The notes under the pieces were generated by a model. The model was not told the origin of the DNA. It saw only the letters and a program-made list of their open reading frames with translations, and searched no databases. 64,000 nt of DNA, taken from assembly GCA_036351295.1 (NCBI GenBank), contig JAZBOT010000110.1, positions 3,567 through 67,566 of the forward strand, read 5' to 3'. This document shows positions 11,717 through 20,695 of this stretch, piece after piece (positions within the stretch are counted from its first letter, which is position 1; each line of letters begins with the position of its first letter). This DNA comes from Gammaproteobacteria bacterium (GTDB taxonomy: Bacteria > Pseudomonadota > Gammaproteobacteria > Steroidobacterales > GCA-2729495). The translations under genes and the position numbers were made by a program.

Positions 11717-12244
11717 ATGAGCATGTGCAGCAACAGTGTGGGTTTACGGGCTGTGGCCATGGTGTTCGCCATCGCACTGCTCATGGCGTACAGCGGCCTG
11801 AGTCAGGCTGAGACAGAAGCCGACTCGGTGTCGCCCCCGGCAGCCGAACCGGAAGCCGGCACGCCTGCAAGCAGCCCGCCGGCGGCGCGGACTGCGAAAA
11901 ATGTGGTGCCGGGCGGTGACCTCGACGGCATGTCGGGACCGCTGGTGCGAATGCTGTTGAGCCTCCTTGCGGTGCTGGCTGTGCTCGGCGCATGCGCCTG
12001 GGTGGCCCGGCGCGTGCGCGGCACACAAATTCAGGGCGGCCTCATACAAATTGTCAGCGGTTTGTCGCTGGGCCCCAAGGAGAAAGTAGTGCTGCTGCGG
12101 GTAGGCGACGACCAGGTCCTCGTGGGCCTGAGTGCGGCAGGCATGCAGCCGCTGCACGTGATGGGCAAGACCGCGCCGCAGGCTTTCTCACTGCGCATGG
12201 CGGAAGCGGCGGACCATGAGAAACTGAAGGAGCAAGCGTCGTGA
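11717..12244 (+). CDS. fliO: Flagellar biosynthesis protein FliO
   Basis: 175 aa; position between fliN and fliP; central TM LLSLLAVLAVLGACAWVA; N-terminal hydrophobic segment plus Pro/Ala-rich linker is longer than usual. Confidence 0.7.
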   Translation: MSMCSNSVGLRAVAMVFAIALLMAYSGLSQAETEADSVSPPAAEPEAGTPASSPPAARTAKNVVPGGDLDGMSGPLVRMLLSLLAVLAVLGACAWVARRVRGTQIQGGLIQIVSGLSLGPKEKVVLLRVGDDQVLVGLSAAGMQPLHVMGKTAPQAFSLRMAEAADHEKLKEQAS

Positions 12245-12990
12245 GACTGATGGCGTTTCTGTTGGTGCTGGTTTTTGTCGGTGACGGTGCCATGGCTCAG
12301 GAGGCGGGCGGCGGCATCCCTGCCGTTTCGCTGATCGAGGGCGCTGACGGCGGCCGTACATGGTCGGTCAGTCTGCAGATTCTGTTTATCATGACGGCGC
12401 TTACGGTGTTGCCGTCGCTGGTGCTGGCTACCACTTCGTTCACCCGCATCATTATCGTGCTGGCGATTTTGCGTCAGGCGCTGGGTATGCCCCAGACTCC
12501 CCCGAACAACGTGCTGGTCGGTCTGGCGTTGTTCCTGAGCTTATTTGTCATGAGCCCGGTGCTGACGGAGGTCTATGACAACGCAATCGGGCCGTATGCC
12601 GAGGGCGTAATGGAAATCGACGAGGCAGCGCTGGCGGCGCAGATTCCCATGCGCGAGTTCATGCTGGGACAAACTCGTGAGCCGGATATCGCGCTGTTTG
12701 CAGGCCTTGCCGGCGATGAAGGTTATGCCGACGTCAACGATATACCGCTGACGGTGCTCATGCCGAGTTTTCTTACCAGCGAGCTGAAAACGGCGTTTCA
12801 GATTGGCTTTCTGACGTTCATACCGTTCCTGATTATCGACCTCGTCGTCTCGAGCGTCCTGATGTCGATGGGCATGATGATGCTGTCGCCCATGCTCATC
12901 TCGCTGCCGTTCAAGATCATGCTGTTTGTGCTGGTCGATGGCTGGACTTTGCTTATGGGCACCCTGGCCTCCAGTTTTGCTATTGCGTGA
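12241..12990 (+). CDS. fliP: Flagellar type III export apparatus protein FliP
   Basis: 249 aa; signal peptide; MMMLSPMLISLPFKIMLFVLVDGW motif. Confidence 0.95.
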   Translation: MRLMAFLLVLVFVGDGAMAQEAGGGIPAVSLIEGADGGRTWSVSLQILFIMTALTVLPSLVLATTSFTRIIIVLAILRQALGMPQTPPNNVLVGLALFLSLFVMSPVLTEVYDNAIGPYAEGVMEIDEAALAAQIPMREFMLGQTREPDIALFAGLAGDEGYADVNDIPLTVLMPSFLTSELKTAFQIGFLTFIPFLIIDLVVSSVLMSMGMMMLSPMLISLPFKIMLFVLVDGWTLLMGTLASSFAIA

Positions 12991-13013
12991 AGCGTTTGTT
13001 TCAGGAGAAACCG

Positions 13014-13283
13014 ATGACCCCCGAATCCGTTCTGACTATTGCCCGTGAGTCTCTCACCGTGGCAAGTATGCTGGCGGCACCCATGCTAATCAGCGCTCTG
13101 GCGACCGGTGTGTTCATCGGCGTGCTGCAGGCGGCGACCCAGATCAACGAAATGACGCTCAGCTTTATTCCCAAGCTGCTGGTACTCGTCATCACGCTGG
13201 TCGCCGCAGGGCCGTGGATGCTGCAGCTCATCACCAACTATACGCAGGCACTGTTCACCAACATTCCTGCGATGATCGGTTAG
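13014..13283 (+). CDS. fliQ: Flagellar type III export apparatus protein FliQ
   Basis: 89 aa from ATG 13014 (AGGAG at 13003-13007; track ORF starts at 12987); two TM helices; sits between fliP and fliR. Confidence 0.9.
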   Translation: MTPESVLTIARESLTVASMLAAPMLISALATGVFIGVLQAATQINEMTLSFIPKLLVLVITLVAAGPWMLQLITNYTQALFTNIPAMIG

Positions 13284-13319
13284 TGTCCGGGTGGCGCGGG
13301 TGCGGGCGAATTCCCACTA

Positions 13320-14099
13320 ATGGCCAGTCTGGCAGAACTTGCTGACCTGGTGTTCAGCATGATGTGGACGCTGCTGCGCGTGTCGGGCGTGGCATTGATC
13401 TCGCCGGTGCTCGGTTCGCTGATGGTCCCCGTGCGTATCCGCGTCATCATCAGCGTCGCCCTTGCGATTGCCATGTTGCCCCTCGTCGACTCCATTCCCG
13501 ACTACCCGATACTCAGCGTGAGCGGGCTGTTCGCGGCAGCCCGCGAGCTCGGCATCGGCCTGGCGATGGGTTTCGTGTTCCGGCTGGCGGTCGATGCCGC
13601 CTTGATTGCGGGGCAGGTCGTTTCGATGGGCATGGGCCTCGCGTTTGCGACGGTGGTCGATCCCAACAGTGGCGGCGTGCCGCTGCTCGGGCGTTTCTAC
13701 GTTGTTATCGCCACACTGCTGTTGCTGGCCGCTAATGCGCACCTGATGCTGATTGAGGTGCTCGGTCGCAGCTACGAGTTTTTGCCGATTGGTTCGCTGG
13801 CGTTCGGCCTGCCCGGAATCGCGGAGATAGTCGGCTTTGGCTCCGTGATGTTCGCCGGTGCAATACACCTGGCGCTGCCTTCAGTGGTAGCTATCCTGAT
13901 GGTGAACATCGCGTTTGGCGTCATCAGTCGCGCAGCGCCGACGCTGAATCTATTTGCTGTGGGCTTCCCCATCGCGATCCTGATGGGTTTTGTTGTGCTG
14001 GTGCTGGGTATCGGCAATCACGGGTTGTTCTGGGACGGCCAGACGCAGCAGGCGCTCGACCTCCTCGGCGTAATCACAGGAGCGTCCGGCGGTGGCTGA
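13320..14099 (+). CDS. fliR: Flagellar type III export apparatus protein FliR
   Basis: 259-aa polytopic membrane protein between fliQ and flhB. Confidence 0.9.
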   Translation: MASLAELADLVFSMMWTLLRVSGVALISPVLGSLMVPVRIRVIISVALAIAMLPLVDSIPDYPILSVSGLFAAARELGIGLAMGFVFRLAVDAALIAGQVVSMGMGLAFATVVDPNSGGVPLLGRFYVVIATLLLLAANAHLMLIEVLGRSYEFLPIGSLAFGLPGIAEIVGFGSVMFAGAIHLALPSVVAILMVNIAFGVISRAAPTLNLFAVGFPIAILMGFVVLVLGIGNHGLFWDGQTQQALDLLGVITGASGGG

Positions 14100-15237
14100 A
14101 CAACAGGCTCAGGAACGCACCGAACAGGCGACCCCCAAGCGCCTCGAGGAGGCGCGGCGCAAAGGCCAGATTCCCCGCTCGCGGGAGCTGAACATGGCCG
14201 CCGTGATGATCGGCGGGGCGCTGGTGATGTTTGTATCCGGGCCGGCCATGGTCAGCGCGCTGATTGACCTGATGCGGCGTGGGCTGACCATCGACCCTGC
14301 GCACATCCAGTACCCGGGAGCCCTGGTCGCCGCACTGTCGGCCGCCACCTGGGAATCACTGGCGGCTATCGCCCCGCTGCTGGTGGTGGTCATGATCGCC
14401 GCGATCGCCGGCGGGGTGGCGCTTGGCGGGTGGGCGTTCAGCGCGACTCCGCTGGCCCCTAAGCTGAGCAAACTCGATCCGCTCAAAGGCCTGCAGCGCG
14501 TTTTCGGGCTTAAAGGCCTGGTTGAAGTGGCCAAGGCGCTGGGCAAGGCCGGCATAGTCGGCGCCGCAGCTGCGGTGGTGCTGTACGCGGGCGCGCAGCA
14601 GTTGCTCAACCTTAACCTGATGCCGCTGCCGGAAGCGTTGGGTGCGGCGAGTCTGCTGATGACTACCGTCTTTATGGTGGCCTGTGTTTCGCTGCTCGTG
14701 ATTGCGCTCTTCGATGTGCCGTTCCAGATGTGGAACCACCAGAAAGAACTGCGCATGACGCGCAAGGAAGTGCAGGACGAACTCAAGGAGTCGGAGGGCC
14801 GTCCGGAGGTCAAGAACCGCGTCCGCGCCCTGCAGCAGGAAATAGCCAACCGGCGGATGCTGCGTGACGTGCCCGATGCGGACGTTATCGTGACCAACCC
14901 CGAACACTTTGCAGTGGCGCTCCGCTATGACGACGGGAAGATGAGCGCACCGGTTGTCGTCGCCAGCGGGGTCGACTTTATGGCCGCGAAGATTCGCGAG
15001 ATAGCCGCGGCGCACAACGTGCCGGTGTTTGCGGCGCCGCCGCTCGCGCGCGCCCTGTACTGGAGTACTCCGGTGGGCAGCGCTATACCCGAGAAACTGT
15101 ATGTCGCGGTCGCGCAGGTCCTCACCTACGTATTGCGGCTGCGGGCCTACGCCGAGGGCAGTGCCCCGTATCCCGACCGGCCTGCTGTAGAAGTAGATCG
15201 CGACTACCTCGAATCTGTCAGTGAGGCCGACCGATGA
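14092..15237 (+). CDS. flhB: Flagellar export switch protein FlhB
   Basis: 381 aa; N-terminus EQATPKRLEEARRKGQIPRSREL; autocleavage-type motif as NPEH (VTNPEHFAVAL); GTG start overlapping fliR stop. Confidence 0.95.
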   Translation: MAEQQAQERTEQATPKRLEEARRKGQIPRSRELNMAAVMIGGALVMFVSGPAMVSALIDLMRRGLTIDPAHIQYPGALVAALSAATWESLAAIAPLLVVVMIAAIAGGVALGGWAFSATPLAPKLSKLDPLKGLQRVFGLKGLVEVAKALGKAGIVGAAAAVVLYAGAQQLLNLNLMPLPEALGAASLLMTTVFMVACVSLLVIALFDVPFQMWNHQKELRMTRKEVQDELKESEGRPEVKNRVRALQQEIANRRMLRDVPDADVIVTNPEHFAVALRYDDGKMSAPVVVASGVDFMAAKIREIAAAHNVPVFAAPPLARALYWSTPVGSAIPEKLYVAVAQVLTYVLRLRAYAEGSAPYPDRPAVEVDRDYLESVSEADR

Positions 15238-17309
15238 ACGCTGCCCTGGCACGGTTAAACCTGGTGGCCCGCTCAGGGATCGCACTGCCGATCGGCTTGC
15301 TGGCCATGCTGTCAATGATCGTGCTGCCGCTGCCGGCGATCATGCTGGATGCGCTCTTTACCTTTAACATCTGCCTGTCGTTGATCGTCATCCTTGCGGT
15401 CATCTATGTCATGCGGCCTCTGGATCTGGCCGCGTTCCCGACCATTCTGCTGATCGCAACGCTGCTGCGGCTCGCGCTGAACGTAGCATCAACCCGGGTT
15501 GTGTTGCTGGACCGTCATACCGGCACCGATGCGGCCGGTAAAGTCATCGAGGCGTTCGGTGAGTTTGTGATCGGTGGCAACTATGCAGTCGGCCTCGTCG
15601 TGTTTGCGATCCTGGTGATTATCAATTTCGTGGTGGTCACTAAAGGTGCCGGACGCGTGTCCGAGGTGAGTGCCCGTTTTACCCTCGACGCGATGCCCGG
15701 CAAACAGATGGCGATTGATGCCGACCTTAATGCCGGCATTATCAATCAGGCGCAGGCTCAGGAACGCCGCGGCGAGATACGCACGGAAGCTGATTTTTAC
15801 GGTTCCATGGACGGTGCCAGTAAGTTTGTCAAAGGTGATGCGGTCGCCGGCATTCTGATTTTATTTATTAATTTGCTCGGTGGCACCGTCATCGGGATGG
15901 TGCAGCACGGCCTTGATTTCTCCACAGCGGCCGAGACCTATGCCTTGTTGACGATCGGTGACGGTCTGGTGGCCCAGATCCCGTCGCTGCTGCTCGCCAC
16001 CTCGGTTGCGGTCATTGTGACGCGTATGTCGAAGTCGGAAGACATGGGTTCGCAGCTTGCCACGCAGCTCCTTGGCGACCGCCGGGTACTCCGCGTAACC
16101 GCCGGTATCCTGGCCATTCTCGGGCTGATCCCCGGTATGCCCAACGTCGCGTTCCTGCTGATGGCCGCTGTCTGTGGCGGGGCCAGCTGGTACGCGGCAC
16201 GCGAAGACGGCGTCGCAGCCGCCGCCGAAATCGCTGCGCAGCCGGCCGAGGACCCGGTGGCCAGCGCGAGCGCGCGTGAGCTCAGCTGGGATGATGTCGG
16301 GGAAGCCGATGTGGTTGCGCTGGATGTCGGCTATCGCCTGATACCGCTGGTCGACACCGAACAAAGCGGCGAACTCATGCGGCGTATTAAAGGGGTGCGC
16401 AAGCGCCTGTCCACCGAGCTCGGCTTCCTGATTCCCGCCGTACGCATTCGCGACGACCTGGAGCTCAGTCCGGCGGCGTATCGAATCAGCCTGAACGGTT
16501 CGACGCTGGCCGAAGGTGAGGTCATGCTGGATCGTGAGCTGGCGATCAACCCCGGCCATATCACCGAGGCTGTCGACGGGCTTGCTACCAAGGACCCCGC
16601 ATTCGGGCTGGATGCCGTCTGGATCGACCCGGTCGAGCGTGATTCAGCGCAGGCTAAAGGTTACACAGTCGTCGATGTCTCCACCGTGGTAGCGACCCAC
16701 ATGAGTAAGGTGCTGGCCGATAACGCACACGAATTGTTTGGCCATCAGGAAGCGCAGGAGCTGCTGGACCGGCTTGCGCAGCATTCGCCAAAGCTGGTCG
16801 AGGAGCTGGTCCCGAAGACGCTCCCGCTGAGCACGGTGGTGCGCGTGCTGCAGGAGCTGCTGCGCGATCAGGTGCCGGTCAACAATATGCGCACCATCTG
16901 TCAGGTCCTGGCCGAACAGGGGCGCAGTACCCAGGAGCCGGAAGCCCTCGTGGCTGCGGTGCGCGTGGCCTTGGGCAGGACGCTGGTGCAGCGGGCCAGC
17001 CCCGATTCCGCGGAGCTGGCGGTCATCACGCTGGATCCGCAGCTGGAGCAACTGCTGAAGGAAGCCCTGCAGGGTGACGCGGAGGGCGGAATCGAGCCCG
17101 GACTGGCCGAGCAGGTGCAGAACCGGCTGGCAGAAACGGCACAGCGCCAGGAGGTCGCCGGCGAGCCGGCGGTGCTGCTGGTGTCGCCGGCTATCCGCCC
17201 GTGGCTGGCGCGCTTTCTGCGTTTTGCGGTGCCTAATCTGCGGGTGCTGGCCTACAACGAAGTGCCCGACAGCAAACGGGTGAAACTGGTGGCGGCGGTC
17301 GGCGCTTGA
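15234..17309 (+). CDS. flhA: Flagellar export gate protein FlhA
   Basis: 691 aa; FHIPEP-family N-terminal membrane domain and large cytoplasmic domain; ATGA overlap with flhB. Confidence 0.95.
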   Translation: MNAALARLNLVARSGIALPIGLLAMLSMIVLPLPAIMLDALFTFNICLSLIVILAVIYVMRPLDLAAFPTILLIATLLRLALNVASTRVVLLDRHTGTDAAGKVIEAFGEFVIGGNYAVGLVVFAILVIINFVVVTKGAGRVSEVSARFTLDAMPGKQMAIDADLNAGIINQAQAQERRGEIRTEADFYGSMDGASKFVKGDAVAGILILFINLLGGTVIGMVQHGLDFSTAAETYALLTIGDGLVAQIPSLLLATSVAVIVTRMSKSEDMGSQLATQLLGDRRVLRVTAGILAILGLIPGMPNVAFLLMAAVCGGASWYAAREDGVAAAAEIAAQPAEDPVASASARELSWDDVGEADVVALDVGYRLIPLVDTEQSGELMRRIKGVRKRLSTELGFLIPAVRIRDDLELSPAAYRISLNGSTLAEGEVMLDRELAINPGHITEAVDGLATKDPAFGLDAVWIDPVERDSAQAKGYTVVDVSTVVATHMSKVLADNAHELFGHQEAQELLDRLAQHSPKLVEELVPKTLPLSTVVRVLQELLRDQVPVNNMRTICQVLAEQGRSTQEPEALVAAVRVALGRTLVQRASPDSAELAVITLDPQLEQLLKEALQGDAEGGIEPGLAEQVQNRLAETAQRQEVAGEPAVLLVSPAIRPWLARFLRFAVPNLRVLAYNEVPDSKRVKLVAAVGA

Positions 17310-17334
17310 GCGAATTATTGAAGGGGAAGAGCAG

Positions 17335-18504
17335 ATGAATATTAAGCGGTATATCGCATCGGACATGCGCCACGCGCTGCAGATGATACGCGATGAGCTC
17401 GGGACGGATGCTGTCATTCTGGAGACTCAGCGATCGAGCGAAGGCGTCGAGGTCTCGGTGGCGGTCGACTTTGACCCGGCGCTGTACGTCAAGCCGGAAC
17501 CGGTAGCCCCCGCGCGGCCTGCACCGGCACAGCCTCCTGCCGCTGAGGCGCAGCCCGCGCCCGCAGAGCCGGCCGCGGCGCCGGTCAACGCGCGTGACGA
17601 TTCGGTGCGCTGTTTACTTGAGGCACGCCTTTCGCGCCTGATCTGGGACGATATGCGCGCCCGCAACCCGGCTGCGACAAACATCATGCGGAACCTGAGC
17701 CGGCTTGGGCTGACACCCGCCGCAGTCGAGCAGGTGATGTCGCGCGCTCCCGACCTTAGTACCCTCGACAACACGTGGTCGGAGCCGCTCAAATGGCTCG
17801 CCGACAGTATCCCCGTCAGCGGCCAGGACCTGATCATGCATGGGGGTGTGTTCGCTGTTGCAGGTCCAACCGGCGTTGGCAAAACGACTTCCATCGCGAA
17901 GCTGGCAGCCCGTTACGCGTTGCAGAACGGTGTGGCGGGCCTCGCGCTGGTGAGCACCGACAACTACCGGATCGGTGCGCGTGAGCAGCTGGAGACCTTC
18001 GCCCGCATTATTGGCGCACCGGTGTACAGCGTGCCCGATGCCGCGCAGCTGGATGCGACGTTGCGTACCCTGAGCGACAAAAAACTGGTGTTGATTGATA
18101 CCGCTGGCATGAGTCAGCGCGACAGCCGTATGGTCACGCAGCTGGACAGCTTGCAGCGCGCCGCAACGCGCATCGACGTGCTGCTGGCGTTACCCGCCAA
18201 TGTCCAGACGGAGACAGCCCACGAAATCGTCCGCGTATTTGCGTCGGCGCAGCCACTTGGCTGCATCCTGACCAAAGTTGACGAAGCGACTTCGCTGGGA
18301 GGAGTGCTGTCTGCCCTGATGGACGCGCGGCTGCCCCTTGCGTACATCTGTGACGGCCAGCGCGTGCCGGAAGACCTCCACCTCGCTGTCCAGCGCTTGA
18401 CGTGGCTGGTGAAAACCGCGATGGACTGTATGCGTGAGCACAGCCCGCGGCTCGGTAAGGACGAACTGGCAGAGCGCTTTGCCAAGGTGGCGATCAGTGC
18501 TTGA
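17335..18504 (+). CDS. flhF: Flagellar placement SRP-type GTPase FlhF
   Basis: 389 aa; MNIKRYIASDMRHALQMIRDELG N-terminus; G motifs GPTGVGKTT, DTAGMSQRD, TKVDE. Confidence 0.92.
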   Translation: MNIKRYIASDMRHALQMIRDELGTDAVILETQRSSEGVEVSVAVDFDPALYVKPEPVAPARPAPAQPPAAEAQPAPAEPAAAPVNARDDSVRCLLEARLSRLIWDDMRARNPAATNIMRNLSRLGLTPAAVEQVMSRAPDLSTLDNTWSEPLKWLADSIPVSGQDLIMHGGVFAVAGPTGVGKTTSIAKLAARYALQNGVAGLALVSTDNYRIGAREQLETFARIIGAPVYSVPDAAQLDATLRTLSDKKLVLIDTAGMSQRDSRMVTQLDSLQRAATRIDVLLALPANVQTETAHEIVRVFASAQPLGCILTKVDEATSLGGVLSALMDARLPLAYICDGQRVPEDLHLAVQRLTWLVKTAMDCMREHSPRLGKDELAERFAKVAISA

Positions 18505-19381
18505 GGGCAGCGCGATTGTGCGTGATCAGGCTGACGGGCTACGCGAGCGGGTGACCCGGCGGCCCGTTAAAGTTATTGCTGTAACGGGGGGTAAGGGCGG
18601 CGTGGGCAAGACCAATGTCTGCGCGAACCTGGCGCTGGCAATTGCGTCGTTGGGTCGCCAGGTCATGGTCCTCGATGCCGACCTTGGCCTGGCAAACGTT
18701 GACGTGCTTTATGGCTTGCAGCCGCGGATGACACTCGCCGATGTCATCCGCGGGGAGTGCCTGCTCACGGATGTAGTGCTGGACGGGCCTGGCGGAGTTC
18801 GGCTGGTGCCGGGTTCGTCCGGGGTCAGCGAGATGGCGCACCTCGATGCCGCAGGTCTGGCCGGGATCGTGCACGCGTTCAGCGACTACAACGACAGTCT
18901 GGATGTGCTGCTGATCGATACCGCACCGGGTATTACGCATGACGTCTTGCGCTTTGCGGAAGCCGCTCACGAGGTGCTGGTGGTGGTCCGTGATGAACCG
19001 ACCTCGCTCACCGACGCTTACGCGGTCGTGAAAGTGCTGAGCATGGAGCGCAACGTGCAGCGCTTCCGGGTAGTCACCAACATGACGCGCGGTGCCGGGG
19101 ACGGGGTGGCTCTCTTTAACAAGCTGGCCCGGGTCACCGATCGGTTTCTGAACGTGTCGCTGCACCATGCCGGCAGTCTGCCTTTCGACGAGCGCGTCGG
19201 GCGCGCTGTGCAGCAGCAGCGGCCGTTTGTGGCCGCCTATCCGACCAGCATGGCGGCCTTGTCGATGCACCGGCTCGCGGAGCGTGCCGACAGCTGGGAT
19301 ATCCCGGCGCAGGCGCGCGGCAATATTGAGTTCTTCCTGGAGCGTCTGATCGGATTGCCGCGGGCGCCTGCTGCGGTTTAA
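18497..19381 (+). CDS. flhG: MinD/ParA-type flagellar number regulator FlhG (FleN)
   Basis: Deviant Walker A GGKGGVGKT; N-terminal DQADGLR (DQAxxLR) motif. GTG 18497 or GTG 18518 start; track ORF from 18434 overlaps flhF. Confidence 0.88.
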   Translation: MLEGSAIVRDQADGLRERVTRRPVKVIAVTGGKGGVGKTNVCANLALAIASLGRQVMVLDADLGLANVDVLYGLQPRMTLADVIRGECLLTDVVLDGPGGVRLVPGSSGVSEMAHLDAAGLAGIVHAFSDYNDSLDVLLIDTAPGITHDVLRFAEAAHEVLVVVRDEPTSLTDAYAVVKVLSMERNVQRFRVVTNMTRGAGDGVALFNKLARVTDRFLNVSLHHAGSLPFDERVGRAVQQQRPFVAAYPTSMAALSMHRLAERADSWDIPAQARGNIEFFLERLIGLPRAPAAV

Positions 19382-19383
19382 CG

Positions 19384-20121
19384 ATGGATCCCGCAGCCGA
19401 GTACAAATCCGCCGCGGTCACGTCCGCCGACGAGCTGGTCGAAACCTACGCGCCGCTGGTCAAACAGGTTGCGCTGCACTTGCGCGCACGGCTGCCGGCT
19501 GGGACTGAGCTGGACGACCTGATTCAGGTTGGTCTTATGGCGCTGCTGGATGCTGCCCGCAACTACTCGGCGGCGAAAGGCGCCAGTTTCGAAACCTATG
19601 CACGTATTCGACTGCGGGGTGCCATGCTGGACGAGGTACGCAGCAACGACTGGGCACCGCGCTCGGTCTACAAGAAGCAGCGTGACCTGATTGCAGCGAC
19701 GCGCCGGGTGGAGAACCGGACCGGGCAGGAGGCGCAGTCCGCTGAGGTGGCACAGGAAATGGGGGTCAGCCTCGATGAGTACCATGGCATCCTGGCAGAC
19801 GTATCGATGACACGCTTTTTTAGCCTGGACCAGCTGATGGATGATACCGAATACGACCCGCAGAGTCCGCCAGGCGAGCCGGGTCCGCGGAACGAACTCG
19901 AGAACGACGAATTTCAGGCAGCGCTGGCCGCCGCGATTCAGGAGCTGCCGGAACGCGAGGGTCTGGTGCTTTCGCTGTACTACGTGGAGGACCTGAACCT
20001 GAAGGAAATCGGCGCGGTGCTCGGTGTGACCGAATCGCGCGTATCGCAAATACACTCGCAGGCCGTTGTCCGGCTGCGGGCCCGTCTGGGTGATGAGTGG
20101 AGTGACAACAATGATGATTGA
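19384..20121 (+). CDS. fliA: Flagellar sigma factor FliA (sigma-28)
   Basis: 245 aa; sigma-70 family regions 2-4; region 4.2 LNLKEIGAVLGVTESRVSQIHSQAV; follows flhG. Confidence 0.93.
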   Translation: MDPAAEYKSAAVTSADELVETYAPLVKQVALHLRARLPAGTELDDLIQVGLMALLDAARNYSAAKGASFETYARIRLRGAMLDEVRSNDWAPRSVYKKQRDLIAATRRVENRTGQEAQSAEVAQEMGVSLDEYHGILADVSMTRFFSLDQLMDDTEYDPQSPPGEPGPRNELENDEFQAALAAAIQELPEREGLVLSLYYVEDLNLKEIGAVLGVTESRVSQIHSQAVVRLRARLGDEWSDNNDD

Positions 20122-20530
20122 ACCGGATTACTGGCTCGCGGCAGCGGCAGCGGGTAGCCTGATACTTGTCCTGCTGGCCTGCCTGCGCGGTTGGCGCACG
20201 CGCCGGCAGCTGCACCAACGCCTCGCCGCTTGCGAACAATCGCTGGGACAAGTCGAGCAGGCGATTCAGTCGTCGGCGACGATCTTTGCGGCGCTGGAGG
20301 CACGACTTGATGCCGCCTGTGAGCAGATGGACCAGCTGAGTATGCGGCAGGGCGCGATCGACGCCACCGGGCACAAGGCCGCTTTCCAGCAGGCGATCGC
20401 ACTCATGCGGCGCGGGGCCAGTGCGGAAGAACTCGTCTCGGTCTGCGGCGTGAGCCAGGGCGAGGCCCGGTTGATACAGACCATGTACGGCACGCCGGCG
20501 CCGGCCGATGCATCAGCCCGGGCGAATTAG
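20111..20530 (+). CDS. Small membrane-anchored protein, DUF2802-like (family normally at the end of che/mot clusters)
   Basis: 139 aa from ATG 20111, overlapping fliA stop by 11 nt; one N-terminal TM, coiled coil, C-terminal EELVSVCGVSQGEARLIQTMYG. Family assignment is from memory. Confidence 0.55.
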   Translation: MMIEPDYWLAAAAAGSLILVLLACLRGWRTRRQLHQRLAACEQSLGQVEQAIQSSATIFAALEARLDAACEQMDQLSMRQGAIDATGHKAAFQQAIALMRRGASAEELVSVCGVSQGEARLIQTMYGTPAPADASARAN

Positions 20531-20557
20531 TGAATTACTTCACACTTCCGCCGATAT
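20531..20557 (+). promoter_or_regulatory. Candidate sigma-28 (FliA) promoter upstream of the HDOD-GGDEF gene
   Basis: TGAATTAC-N11-GCCGATAT versus TAAAGTTT-N11-GCCGATAA; -10 element matches 7/8, -35 only about 4/8. Confidence 0.35.
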
Positions 20558-20695
20558 ACTGCCAAAAAATGTGACTCAAGGCCGGGTCACCGCCGGCGCA
20601 AGTCTTTACGTTACGGTAAATGGCGCTGGCGCAGCGCCGTGAGCGAGAACCCCCGTGGGGCGCGGGTGGCGCAGACCGACGTTAAGGACACAACC

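Noticed and set aside
20621-20635. sigma-54-like motif TGGCGC-TGGCG-CAGC upstream of the HDOD-GGDEF gene.
   Set aside because: The GG-N10-GC spacing is right, but the -12 region (CAGC) lacks the TTGC seen in the three clear promoters. The motif also coincides with a GC-rich hairpin. The evidence is too weak.
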